From IMG/VR virus record IMGVR_UViG_3300044491_000309, positions 1 through 44,255 of that record: DNA of 44,255 nucleotides. One strand, given 5' to 3'. The stretch is from a virus (taxonomy: Duplodnaviria > Caudoviricetes). Positions 1 to 9,511 of the stretch are shown here, one piece after another. The notes beneath the pieces are model-generated. The model had not been told where the DNA came from. It did no database searches and was given only the letters and a program-made list of their open reading frames with translations. Position 1 is the stretch's first letter. Every line of letters starts with the position of its first letter. Position numbers and translations under genes: made by a program.

Positions 1-2355
1 GATCTAAAAGCTTATGCTCAAGAAGCTAATAAGATACTTAAACAAAGACTTAGTCGTATAAATAAAACATATGAAGAAGGTGATTTAAAAGAAAAACTTA
101 TATTAGAAGAACAACGTAAGTGGGATGTAAATAGACGTGACTTTAATGGTTGGAATAACTACGTAATTAAAAGACATCCACAAGAGAAATGGCAGAGTAA
201 AGAATATGTAGATCTTAAAAAAGATCCTGAACTCTTTGAGTTATACAACTGGATCTCTAAGATGAATGATAAAGCTACAGAGATTGGATATATAGACAAT
301 GCTGTACGTTCTACATTCTTACCATTTGTTAGAAAGAGTATGGCAGAGAGTATTGCTTGGGATGGTTCTTTAGGATCTATATCAAATACATTTGGTAACC
401 TAAAAGCTAGAGCTGATGATGTAGGATATGGATCTATAAACGAACTTACAAACGAGCTAGAAAACTCTATACCTAAATACTACACTAGAGACTTTAGTGA
501 AACAAAAGAAGATGGTACTAATGACTACTCTGATGTTAGCTTAGATTTATTTAAGAATCTTATACTGTATACTAATCACATGAATAAGTATAAGTATCTA
601 ACTGAAGTGGAAGACCAACTTCTTCTTGCTAAAACTGTACAGCAGTTTAAGAAAAACATCAAGACAGGTAGATTTGGTAATGCTGTGATATCAAATGGTA
701 GAGTGCAACTTGAGGCAGGTAACGAGAAGAACATAAAAATCATTGATGACTACTTTAGAAATGTTTTATATGGTCAAAGATATGCTGTAGATGATACAGA
801 CTTTGCTTTAGGAAAAGTTATCAATAGTGCAGCTGGTAGAGATGTTGTTGGTGCAGATAATAAAGTAGTGTCTTTACAAAAAACTATGGACTTCATGAAT
901 AGATACACTCAGATGAAGTCATTAGGTTTTGAATTCATATCTGGTGCTGTAAACATCTTTGGTGGTAACATACAAATAGCTGCACAGGCAGGTAAGTATT
1001 TTAAAGCTAGAGAAGTGGCAAAGTATGAAGCTAAGTTGCTTGGAAATAAGTTTAAGAATGATGATGAAAGAAAAATGTTCTTACAGCTTATTGATACATT
1101 CATGCCTCTGAAAGATGACCCCACTTATGATAAGTTAGTAAAGTCTGGTATGTCAACTCTTACAGATAAGAATTTCTCTGACTTGTTGTTTGTATTCTTT
1201 AGACAACCTGAACAGCATTTAGAGAAGTCTATATTTATGGCCTTGTTAGATAACATGATGGTGGAAGATGGTAAGCTTGTAAACATCAGAGACTTTGTAA
1301 AGAACAAATATAAAGCAAGATATAATAGCGCTGAAGAATATAGAACACTCAATCCTAAAATTAATGAAGAGATTGCAGAGCTGCAGAAAACAAGATCTAT
1401 CAATGCTATAAAGAAGCTAGAAGATGGCAAGCTTGTTGTACCAGGACTAGATTTAAACAATAGACAAGAACTACAACGTCTTACTAATATAACTAGAACA
1501 ATTGCTAGAACTGCCACTGGTGGTCAAACAGAATTTGACAACCTAAGAATAAACATGAATGTGTGGACTCGTTCTTTAATGGTGTTTAAAGGATGGATTC
1601 CTAAACTTGTTGATACACGTTTTGGTGAGTTCAGAAAGGTGGCTGATGACTTTAATGTAGAGATAGGTGAAGATGGAATGACTACTGGAGAACGTTATGA
1701 TGTAGGTAGAGTTAGACTATGGGCTGGACTTGTATTAGAAAGTATTAGAGATAGAAGTTTAAATATAACAAACATTCTACAAGGTAATGAACAAGGATTG
1801 AAGAAGCTTGATGAGTTGTATGAAAAATACACAGATCAATACTTTCAAAAGAATGGTGTTCAAGCAAACCTTACAAAAGAAGAGTTTGCTGACATGATAC
1901 AAACTAACTTGCGTAACCAGGTTAAAGAACTTGTTATACTACTTAACATGCTTGCTATATCATTTATCGTTGGTGCTATTGCTCCAGATGATGATGATGA
2001 CAAAGCTAGAAAGAACTCTCTAAGATATTTCCAAAGAGTTACAGATAAGTTTATTAGTGAGCTTATGTTCTTCTACAACCCATCAGAAATGGCAAACACA
2101 CTTGATGCTGGTATGCCTCTTCTTGGACTACTAAAAGACATAAATAGATTTGCTGGTCACAGTGCTAAAGAAATTACAGGATTTGATATTAGTAATCCAG
2201 GTAAAACAGCTGATGAGGTTAGAAAAAGTGCACAACCAACAAAGAATTTAATGAAGATGTTCCCACTTGCTAAATCATTTGTGAACTACCTTGCAATGTT
2301 TGATGAAGACTTTGCTAAGGAATTTGATGTATCAATTCCAAAAAGGGTTAGGTAA
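1..2355 (+). CDS. C-terminal part of a giant virion-associated (cargo/ejection-type) protein, 5'-truncated by the window
   Basis: Frame +1 is open from base 1 (DLKAYAQEANK...) through the 262..2355 ORF. It looks largely helical with a hydrophobic segment near the C-terminus and lies upstream of tail genes. Function is inferred from crAss-like genome organisation. Confidence 0.55.
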   Translation, partial: DLKAYAQEANKILKQRLSRINKTYEEGDLKEKLILEEQRKWDVNRRDFNGWNNYVIKRHPQEKWQSKEYVDLKKDPELFELYNWISKMNDKATEIGYIDNAVRSTFLPFVRKSMAESIAWDGSLGSISNTFGNLKARADDVGYGSINELTNELENSIPKYYTRDFSETKEDGTNDYSDVSLDLFKNLILYTNHMNKYKYLTEVEDQLLLAKTVQQFKKNIKTGRFGNAVISNGRVQLEAGNEKNIKIIDDYFRNVLYGQRYAVDDTDFALGKVINSAAGRDVVGADNKVVSLQKTMDFMNRYTQMKSLGFEFISGAVNIFGGNIQIAAQAGKYFKAREVAKYEAKLLGNKFKNDDERKMFLQLIDTFMPLKDDPTYDKLVKSGMSTLTDKNFSDLLFVFFRQPEQHLEKSIFMALLDNMMVEDGKLVNIRDFVKNKYKARYNSAEEYRTLNPKINEEIAELQKTRSINAIKKLEDGKLVVPGLDLNNRQELQRLTNITRTIARTATGGQTEFDNLRINMNVWTRSLMVFKGWIPKLVDTRFGEFRKVADDFNVEIGEDGMTTGERYDVGRVRLWAGLVLESIRDRSLNITNILQGNEQGLKKLDELYEKYTDQYFQKNGVQANLTKEEFADMIQTNLRNQVKELVILLNMLAISFIVGAIAPDDDDDKARKNSLRYFQRVTDKFISELMFFYNPSEMANTLDAGMPLLGLLKDINRFAGHSAKEITGFDISNPGKTADEVRKSAQPTKNLMKMFPLAKSFVNYLAMFDEDFAKEFDVSIPKRVR

Positions 2356-2389
2356 TGCTATATTATAGCCCTATATTTTTTATAACAAT

Positions 2390-2420
2390 TTTGAAAACAC
2401 ATATATAAAACATATCTTTG
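2390..2420 (+). promoter_or_regulatory. Bacteroidota-type housekeeping promoter (-33 TTTG / -7 TATCTTTG)
   Basis: TTTG at 2390-2393, 19-nt spacer, TATCTTTG at 2413-2420; ATG follows at 2426. Confidence 0.7.
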
Positions 2421-2425
2421 TAATT

Positions 2426-2821
2426 ATGAGAACCGCTGAAATTTGCCCAACATGCGCTGTGTATCAAAATGCTGAATGCATTATATATAATGGCCCCTAC
2501 CTTACAAATATTGTTGTGAATCCACTAGATGATTTACAAACAATTCTACGTAATATTAATGATAATCTTGTTCCTAGAATAGGAACAACCCCTGCTCCTG
2601 TAAGTGGACCTGCAACATATGTAGGTCAGCTTTATGTTAACAGTAGTACAGGTATGGTGTACTATGCATCCAATGCTGGTACAGCCAATGATTTTGATCA
2701 ACTGTTAACAGCACCAATTGATGGAGTTCCTGAACATTCTAATAATGCTGCAGCATTGTTTGCTGGACTAGTTGTTGGACAACTATACAGAACAGGAGAC
2801 TTCCTTAAGATAGTACATTAA
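2426..2821 (+). CDS. Short virion fibre/decoration protein with Cys-containing N-terminal module
   Basis: The N-terminus (C..C....A.C..Y.GP.L...VN...L...L.NIND.L) is paralogous to that of the next gene. The C-terminal NNAAA..AGL..GQLYRT...LKIV motif resembles phage/flavobacterial fibre ends. Confidence 0.55.
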   Translation: MRTAEICPTCAVYQNAECIIYNGPYLTNIVVNPLDDLQTILRNINDNLVPRIGTTPAPVSGPATYVGQLYVNSSTGMVYYASNAGTANDFDQLLTAPIDGVPEHSNNAAALFAGLVVGQLYRTGDFLKIVH

Positions 2822-2840
2822 AAATAAAATAACTTTCAAG

Positions 2841-5204
2841 ATGAGTAAATTAATTTGTGCAGCAGATCCCTGCAAGACAAGACTAAGTAGTGCATGTGTC
2901 TTCTATAAAGGCCCTAACTTAGTATGCGCTAAAGTCAATACCAACCAAACCTTAGAACAAGCATTACAAAACATCAATGATGCATTATGTTCTGGTAAAG
3001 GAATTGATGGAACCAGTGGGACCTCTGGCACCTCAGGAACTTCAGGCTCTGCTGGTACATCAGGTACATCAGGGACAACTGGAACTTCTGGAACGTCTGG
3101 TTCTAGTGGTACATCTGGTACAAGTGGAACAGCAGGTACTACAGGAACTTCAGGTACTACAGGAACAAGTGGGTCTTCTGGAACAAGTGGTACATCTGGA
3201 AGCAGTGGATCTTCAGGAACATCTGGTGTTGATGGTAACTTTGGTGGTGCATGTTTTGATTACACATTCTCAACTAGTACATCTACCAGTCCAGGAACAG
3301 GCATAGTAAGACTAAATAACACAACACAGAATACAGCCACACTTTCTTATATTAATGAGACAGACGATAACTCAAACTCTATTCAGTCTTTCTTACAGAC
3401 AATAGATAGTGTAACTTCTGCAGTGAAAGGATTCATGAGAATATCTAATAAAACAGATGCTTCTCAGTTCCTCCTCTTTGCAATTAGTGATCTCACTGAT
3501 AATGGAACTTGGTGGACATTAAATATAATCAACTCAGCATCTTCAGCAACATCACCATTTAGTGATAACGAAGATGTAATTGTATGTTTTGTAACTACAG
3601 GTGACAAAGGTGATCCAGGTACTTCAGGAAGTTCTGGAACTTCAGGTACTTCTGGAATTGATGGTAGTGGAACAGTTATTGGAATAGGCACAACAAATGT
3701 TTTACCTATATGGACTGATGGTCCAAACGGTGAATTAGGTGATTCTCAAGTAACACAAACCAAAATAGACGGTGGTACTGTATTTGATTTAAACGCAATT
3801 ACAACTGGGACTTATACACCTGCTATTAATACTAAACTTTTAGATTTAAACTCTGGAGGTACTCAAAAGTTTTCTATAACACAAGATGGCGGTGGTGGTG
3901 TTGTGTTACCTTCTGGCGATATATTAAACAGCGGCCCATCATTTAATATGGGTGGTAATGCATATTCAAACGGAGAAAATGCTTTGTCAGTTGGAGCTGC
4001 AACCACAGCTTTTGGAAATGGATCATTCGCTGCTAACTTTATAACATTAGCATCAGGAGGAGGATCTTCTGCCTTTGGTTTATTAACTGAAGCAGGTGGG
4101 TTAGCCTCTGCTTCGTTTGGAAATAAAACTAAAGCAACTGGTCCTTATAGTATAGCATCAGGCCAAGATTCAATTGCATCAGGTCAATCATCGGTAGCTA
4201 TTGGTGAAAAAGGCGATGCACAGGGTCCAAACACTTTTGTTTCTGGGTTTGGTGGTACAGCTATTGGAAACAATGCGGTTAAGTTTGGATATGAAGGATC
4301 TGCTGACGGAAACAACTCAGCTAAGTTTGGTTTTGAATCAGTAGCTGGTGGACCAAACTCTTTCGCAATAGGAGATGGCACAACAGCAAATGGCTTTCAA
4401 TCTGTAGCTACTGGCGATAGCAATATTGTTTCAGGTAATAATAGTTTTATAGGTGGTAAAAACAGCACTGTAACAGGATCAGAGTCTATTGCTTATGGGA
4501 TTAGCAACACCATATCAGCAAACTTTTGTGCTATTTTTGGCACTGGCAATACTATACCATCAGGTGGTTTTCTGTCTTTTATAGCTGGAGATGAAAATAA
4601 CGCTGGAATACTTGGAAAGCAAAAGTTAATAGGCACAGGTTTAATAGGTACAGGGCAAAATGGTGTGTTTTTAGGAACATATAACGACAACGCAGACTTT
4701 TTTAATAGATTTCAAATAGGCAACGGAATAGATAATGGTAGTAGATCAAACTCTTTAAGTATAAACAGCGCTGGTAATATTAAAATACCTACATACGGTT
4801 CAGGCACAGTAACTGGAACAGCAACCTACAATTTATCCGTTGATGCAAATGGTCAAATAATAGAAACAGAGAATCCATACAAGCCAGACTATTTAAGTTT
4901 TGTTTGCTTGCTTAGTCAATCAGGAACTGCAAACCCGCAGCCTGATTTAGTTTTAGAAAACTCGTTAGGGATTTTAGGACCATATACTGCTTTTACAAGG
5001 GTGTCGGCAGGGGTATATAACTTAAATGCAACTGGTAAATTTAAATCATTAAAAACAATAATGTTAGCAGCTTCTGGAGCTGGTCCAGGTGGTACAAGTG
5101 GCAACGTTGGTTTTCAATTTGTTGACGCAGATAATTTACGCATAACAACTTCTGGATCAGATAATTTTACTAAAATAGGAATAGAAATAAGAACTTATAA
5201 TTAA
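2841..5204 (+). CDS. Tail fibre/adhesin with Gly-Thr-Ser collagen-like repeats and YadA-head-like beta-roll repeats
   Basis: 24 consecutive G-X-Y triplets (mostly GTS), plus ~14-residue repeats such as ASGQDSIASGQSSVAIG and AQGPNTFVSG that are typical of Hep/Hag beta-rolls. Confidence 0.75.
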   Translation: MSKLICAADPCKTRLSSACVFYKGPNLVCAKVNTNQTLEQALQNINDALCSGKGIDGTSGTSGTSGTSGSAGTSGTSGTTGTSGTSGSSGTSGTSGTAGTTGTSGTTGTSGSSGTSGTSGSSGSSGTSGVDGNFGGACFDYTFSTSTSTSPGTGIVRLNNTTQNTATLSYINETDDNSNSIQSFLQTIDSVTSAVKGFMRISNKTDASQFLLFAISDLTDNGTWWTLNIINSASSATSPFSDNEDVIVCFVTTGDKGDPGTSGSSGTSGTSGIDGSGTVIGIGTTNVLPIWTDGPNGELGDSQVTQTKIDGGTVFDLNAITTGTYTPAINTKLLDLNSGGTQKFSITQDGGGGVVLPSGDILNSGPSFNMGGNAYSNGENALSVGAATTAFGNGSFAANFITLASGGGSSAFGLLTEAGGLASASFGNKTKATGPYSIASGQDSIASGQSSVAIGEKGDAQGPNTFVSGFGGTAIGNNAVKFGYEGSADGNNSAKFGFESVAGGPNSFAIGDGTTANGFQSVATGDSNIVSGNNSFIGGKNSTVTGSESIAYGISNTISANFCAIFGTGNTIPSGGFLSFIAGDENNAGILGKQKLIGTGLIGTGQNGVFLGTYNDNADFFNRFQIGNGIDNGSRSNSLSINSAGNIKIPTYGSGTVTGTATYNLSVDANGQIIETENPYKPDYLSFVCLLSQSGTANPQPDLVLENSLGILGPYTAFTRVSAGVYNLNATGKFKSLKTIMLAASGAGPGGTSGNVGFQFVDADNLRITTSGSDNFTKIGIEIRTYN
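3009..3227 (+). repeat. Degenerate 9-bp tandem repeat encoding (G-T/S-S/T/A)x24
   Basis: Units such as ggaacttct, ggtacatca and ggaacaagt with synonymous variation; a second shorter block lies near 3600-3665. Confidence 0.9.
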
Positions 5205-5214
5205 AAATAACACT

Positions 5215-5535
5215 ATGGCAACTTGGACAATTTTATCAATGGAATATGAAAACAACGCTGGCGAGGATAAGCTAGTGGTAATATCTGCAGCGCAAGGGCA
5301 GGACGGTGTTGGTTATGCTAGAAAAGTATTTACTAATACTTTATCTGGTGTAGTAGGGCCAGCTCCACTAACACCTTATGATCAACTAACCGAATCTCAG
5401 GTTATTGGTTTAGTACAAACAGACCTGGGGTCAACAGCTGTAACAGATGCTGAAACCTACGTAGATGCGCAGGCAACTATTAAAAAAGAACAAATAGAAG
5501 ACCTACCAACAAACGCAGGTCTTCCTTGGAGTTAG
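5215..5535 (+). CDS. Putative tail-fibre-associated/assembly protein
   Basis: PYDQLTESQVIGLV..LG and terminal GLPW motifs are typical of small proteins that follow phage fibre genes. Confidence 0.5.
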   Translation: MATWTILSMEYENNAGEDKLVVISAAQGQDGVGYARKVFTNTLSGVVGPAPLTPYDQLTESQVIGLVQTDLGSTAVTDAETYVDAQATIKKEQIEDLPTNAGLPWS

Positions 5536-5543
5536 GAAAGAAT

Positions 5544-8528
5544 CTAACTCATTTGTAATACTGTAGATACTACATCAATCACTTTACTAGCTGGTATACC
5601 TCTATGACATTCAAAATGTCTAGGGGTATTTTTATGTTCAGGACACCAGTCCCAATCTCCCTTATCAAACTTATGGTTTGGATTGTTCCAACATCCATGA
5701 CATAAAGACTCATCAGTCACTCTATAGCAACTGAATTCATGATCAGCTTCTGTGAAGTTGGATATCATTACAACAGGCACACCAATAGCCCAAGCTAACC
5801 AACTAAGCCCACTAGACAGTCCTATAAAGAACTCGCTCTGTCTTATACAGTCAATAGTGTATTCTAAACTGGTATCAACTATCTTCTCACAATTGTCAAA
5901 AGGATTGTCTTCTATAGATGTATTAATTACCATGTAACCTTCACCATGTAGATAGTTTATAACCTCTTGCCACCCCTCTCTAGTCCAGAACTTACAACCA
6001 GCTGTAGAGTTGGTAGCTATAGTTACATACTTACCTGGAACATTATAGTTATCTTTCATACCACACTCATTGCCCCAATCACTTTTAATTCTAGGTACTA
6101 TCTCTTCATATGGTAATCCTAAGATGTTTGTAGCAGCTTTCTGTAGAGGTATTGTGTTAGGTAGTACAGGCTCTTTGTCACTGTTATAGAACCATCCTAT
6201 TTTATACATTGCATAGATATTATTCACTTCTGTTCCAGGCTTTACAAACTCAAGCTCAGGATATACATCTTCAAACAAGAAGTTCTTAAATGTACTTACA
6301 ATCACTTGACATCCGTGCTTCTTCTTAAACTCTAACACATAAGGTATCCAGGCTATTGTATCTCCTAGTGATGCGCTATCAAATGCTATGTATACACGTT
6401 TGTTATATAGACTTAATGTTTCATCATATACCACTTCACCATTGCTTTCTCTTTTTATAATAGTTTTCCATTCAGTATAATATTCTCTATTAAGTCTTAC
6501 CCAATTATTAGCTCCTATGGTGCTATTATACACCAATTTTGCACCATCATACATATATACATTAAATCTATCTTTAGAACTACCTTTAATTTCTAAATAT
6601 GGTTGACCTACAAAGTGTTGTATAATATGATAGTCTTTACTTGTTTCATTTTGTATAACATCCATGTCTAACACTTTGTTATACAACTCTTTATGACGCT
6701 TACCAAATACATGCATAGTGTTATTAGATGGTACATCATAACGTGGCGCAGCTGTGAGAAGTTTGTTCAGCTGATTCTTCATCTTCATAGGATGTAAATC
6801 TTCTATGTATGCTGTAAACATATCTTTATACTGTGGAAGATTACGTGCTAGTATAGGTAGGCCATATGATATAGCCTCTCTTAATACTAATGGATTACAT
6901 TCCCATGTAGAATTAAACATGAATACATCTGCAGCTAACAAGAACTTATCTGTATCACTACGCTCACCCCATACAGTTACATTAGGTGGTAAGTCTTTCA
7001 TCAATGGTTCCCAGTAGTCTTTAAAATTAACTGCTTGGTTACCTACAAAGTGAAACTCTACATTTGGAAACTTCTTAGCTAATGCTACACCTTCTCCCTG
7101 ATTCTTACCTTTAGTCCATAGTCCTATGTTTACAACATGTTTCTTGCTTAGGTCTAGTTCTAAATCATATTTAGCATTTAATTTGCTCTGCCAATCATGT
7201 ACTACAGGCTCTATAGGAAACTCTAGAACTTCTCTGAGAGACGGCATGTTTTTAAATGTCTCTAAATGATAAGGTGTACAGAATGCGTATGCGTCTGGGT
7301 GATACCTCTTATCTCTATCAGGTCTGAAGGAGATGTTATGACAAGTTTCTATTATCTTCCATGACCTGTCTTTATTATATAATAGAGGTAGCACATTATC
7401 TGCACCATCTCCTAAACACTCAGCCATCTCATCTATATGTACAATATCTATATTATTGTCTTTGATGATGTCTATGAGCTTTGTCTTATCTTCTCCTAGT
7501 GTATAGAAGTTGGATACAAGTTTCTTAATCTGATTCTTCTGAACAACATATTCATCACTATAGTTGGCCCATTCTACAACATAGATGTTAAACCCACTAA
7601 GTGCTTTGATTCTTTTGAGAAGGAACTCAGGCATACCACCTGTAGATAGATGAGGTGCTAAGAATAATACTTTTTTACTCATCTGATATAAAACACTTTG
7701 CATCACTGTTACATCTTTCTCACCATGTAATGCTAACAGTTCTTCTTTATTTGCAGGAAGAGTTACCCACTCTGAAAGAGGATTTGTATATCCAGTGAAT
7801 GGTAGATTTTCTAGATTTAACTCTCCTTTATAGTTCATATATATTAGGGGTAAGCCTTCATGTATATTATACTTCCACAATAGTACGTTTGCTATTGTTT
7901 CTTCGTGATACGGTGCATATAACCTGTGATTAGTTATAACTTTTGGGTGGTTACACATCCATGACCACTCACTTATAAAATCTTTTGATTGTTGCCCTGC
8001 TACAAAGTATCCTGTTTGTCTGTACTTGTTTCTAACTGATTGATCTACGTTAAATAGATCACATGCTGGATATTCTAAACTAAGATGAAGTTCATCTCTA
8101 GTTTCTACACCACCTCGCCCATTTATAAACAAGTAGTCATATATACCTTCTACAAAATATGGATGTGTACAACCATCAGGATAGTAATCAAATATCTTAG
8201 TTATATTCTTAGTCACCACTGTATCAGAGTCTATATATGCTACAGTCTCTGCATAATTTTCTAAAGCGTCTAGTATAATAGCTGGCCTTTGGATAAGAAG
8301 TTTATATATATTGGGATCATTCCTATCAATATAATCCTTCTTTGAAGGGTTTACACCATTTAGTGTCCAAGGTATTGTTCTAGATGCTCCGTGTACAGAC
8401 TTGTCACAATTCATCATATAAACAATAACAGGAATATCAGTGACACTGTTTATACTTTTTACTGCCATTGATATGACATCATAGTATGCTTCATTTGCAT
8501 AAAGTACAAAGGCTTTATCTGCTTTCAT
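5544..8528 (-). CDS. Tri-domain glycosyltransferase: GT-A (DxD) + GT4-like GT-B + TibC/Aah-type O-heptosyltransferase domain
   Basis: N-terminal YIDSD; middle PHLSTGGMP...ECNPLVLREA; C-terminal SLGDTIAW...FIGLSSGLSWLAWA...CHGCWN..FDKGDWDWCPEH...FEC (four-Cys iron-finger pattern). Confidence 0.8.
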   Translation of the reverse strand: MKADKAFVLYANEAYYDVISMAVKSINSVTDIPVIVYMMNCDKSVHGASRTIPWTLNGVNPSKKDYIDRNDPNIYKLLIQRPAIILDALENYAETVAYIDSDTVVTKNITKIFDYYPDGCTHPYFVEGIYDYLFINGRGGVETRDELHLSLEYPACDLFNVDQSVRNKYRQTGYFVAGQQSKDFISEWSWMCNHPKVITNHRLYAPYHEETIANVLLWKYNIHEGLPLIYMNYKGELNLENLPFTGYTNPLSEWVTLPANKEELLALHGEKDVTVMQSVLYQMSKKVLFLAPHLSTGGMPEFLLKRIKALSGFNIYVVEWANYSDEYVVQKNQIKKLVSNFYTLGEDKTKLIDIIKDNNIDIVHIDEMAECLGDGADNVLPLLYNKDRSWKIIETCHNISFRPDRDKRYHPDAYAFCTPYHLETFKNMPSLREVLEFPIEPVVHDWQSKLNAKYDLELDLSKKHVVNIGLWTKGKNQGEGVALAKKFPNVEFHFVGNQAVNFKDYWEPLMKDLPPNVTVWGERSDTDKFLLAADVFMFNSTWECNPLVLREAISYGLPILARNLPQYKDMFTAYIEDLHPMKMKNQLNKLLTAAPRYDVPSNNTMHVFGKRHKELYNKVLDMDVIQNETSKDYHIIQHFVGQPYLEIKGSSKDRFNVYMYDGAKLVYNSTIGANNWVRLNREYYTEWKTIIKRESNGEVVYDETLSLYNKRVYIAFDSASLGDTIAWIPYVLEFKKKHGCQVIVSTFKNFLFEDVYPELEFVKPGTEVNNIYAMYKIGWFYNSDKEPVLPNTIPLQKAATNILGLPYEEIVPRIKSDWGNECGMKDNYNVPGKYVTIATNSTAGCKFWTREGWQEVINYLHGEGYMVINTSIEDNPFDNCEKIVDTSLEYTIDCIRQSEFFIGLSSGLSWLAWAIGVPVVMISNFTEADHEFSCYRVTDESLCHGCWNNPNHKFDKGDWDWCPEHKNTPRHFECHRGIPASKVIDVVSTVLQMS

Positions 8529-8547
8529 AAGGTTTTGTGTTTGTAAA

Positions 8548-8555
8548 CAAAGTTA
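8548..8555 (-). promoter_or_regulatory. -7 promoter element (TAACTTTG) for the glycosyltransferase gene
   Basis: caaagtta on the + strand, 20 nt upstream of the ATG at 8528; divergent from the lysis promoter. No clear -33 element. Confidence 0.5.
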
Positions 8556-8608
8556 GTAAAATAAATGAAAAGTTTATGCTATATTATGCAAATAATTTGG
8601 AAAACACC

Positions 8609-8639
8609 TTTGGTGGTTTAAAAACTTTAGTTATATTTG
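8609..8639 (+). promoter_or_regulatory. Bacteroidota-type promoter for the lysis cassette
   Basis: TTTG at 8609-8612, 19-nt spacer, TATATTTG at 8632-8639. Confidence 0.7.
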
Positions 8640-8752
8640 TTCATTACATCGTGTAACTTCTACACAAGCACACCTACATCTACATATTTAAAACCTTTTC
8701 GCCCTTCCCAGAAGTGGTGTGCACCTCATCTATTATATATAACGAATGAATC

Positions 8753-9076
8753 ATGGCTAATCCCACACAGTTTCAGCAACAAGTAAAACAAGAATTAAAA
8801 AATATGGACCAGCGATTGTACGAGTTGGAGGAAAAAATGACCTCCATCGATACAAAATTAACACAAGTAGTTGATGCCATATTAGGAAACTCCCTGACAA
8901 AAACAGGTGGGTTTGTTAATGACATTGATGAACTTAAGAAAAAAATAGAAGAGCTTGAAACAAAGCTTGAAAAGCAAGAGGAATTCAAAAAGAAATTCTC
9001 TTGGACTATTGGTCTAATCACTGCTGGGGCACTGATTATTCAATGGATTACTAACATATACCCTAAACTTAAATAA
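8753..9076 (+). CDS. Coiled-coil protein with C-terminal TM helix (XhlA-like/holin-associated)
   Basis: Heptad-rich N-terminus, hydrophobic FSWTIGLITAGALIIQWI, first gene of the lysis cluster. Confidence 0.5.
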   Translation: MANPTQFQQQVKQELKNMDQRLYELEEKMTSIDTKLTQVVDAILGNSLTKTGGFVNDIDELKKKIEELETKLEKQEEFKKKFSWTIGLITAGALIIQWITNIYPKLK

Positions 9077-9077
9077 T

Positions 9078-9269
9078 ATGAACAAGATAAAGAATCTATA
9101 CCATGTAGTTAAAGCATGGATTGTATCAAACGGAATAGAAGGAGCTTTAGGACTCCTACTTGGAATCATCTTGTGGATAGCAGGATATAAGATCTGGGCA
9201 GGTGTATCTTTTGGTGTATTTGCACATAAAAATTGGGACATTGTAAAAACTTGGCTCAATAAGAAATGA
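9078..9269 (+). CDS. Small two-TM membrane protein (holin/antiholin candidate)
   Basis: Two hydrophobic segments, basic termini, lysis context. Confidence 0.5.
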   Translation: MNKIKNLYHVVKAWIVSNGIEGALGLLLGIILWIAGYKIWAGVSFGVFAHKNWDIVKTWLNKK

Positions 9270-9508
9270 AAAAAATAATTGATTGGGTAGGAGGACTTCT
9301 AAGAGATGAGAGGGGTACTCCCTCATCTAAACGATTTATTGGTATTATAGCAGGGCTTACATTGTGTAGTGCTCTGCTTATTAATTTGTTTACAAATATG
9401 CCAGTAGAACCAACTTTAGTTAATGCAGTGGCAGCGATTTGCATTGGTGGATTAGGTCTTGCATCAATTGATAAAATATGGGGAAAACAACAACTTAATA
9501 AGGAATAA
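9266..9508 (+). CDS. Holin (two TM helices)
   Basis: SSKRF followed by two TM helices, immediately before the endolysin. Confidence 0.6.
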   Translation: MKKIIDWVGGLLRDERGTPSSKRFIGIIAGLTLCSALLINLFTNMPVEPTLVNAVAAICIGGLGLASIDKIWGKQQLNKE

Positions 9509-9511
9509 GTT

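Noticed and set aside
1-2355. Virion RNA polymerase catalytic subunit
   Set aside because: No DxDxD catalytic motif in a polymerase context in the visible part; the DDDDD run follows a hydrophobic helix.
3009-3227. CRISPR array or DGR template/variable repeat
   Set aside because: The repeats are in-frame codon triplets without spacers; there is no reverse transcriptase and I saw no adenine-specific repeat pair.
2977-3306. Overlapping 109-aa ORF (QELQVLQEQ...)
   Set aside because: It is the shifted-frame shadow of the GTS repeat.
3660-5535. Apparent compositional shift (more CG/GGC) suggesting a swapped fibre tip
   Set aside because: This is an impression only; it is confounded by Gly/Ala-rich coding and cannot be quantified here.
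8640-8752. tRNA gene
   Set aside because: No T-arm GTTCRA or cloverleaf; I saw no tRNA anywhere in the window.
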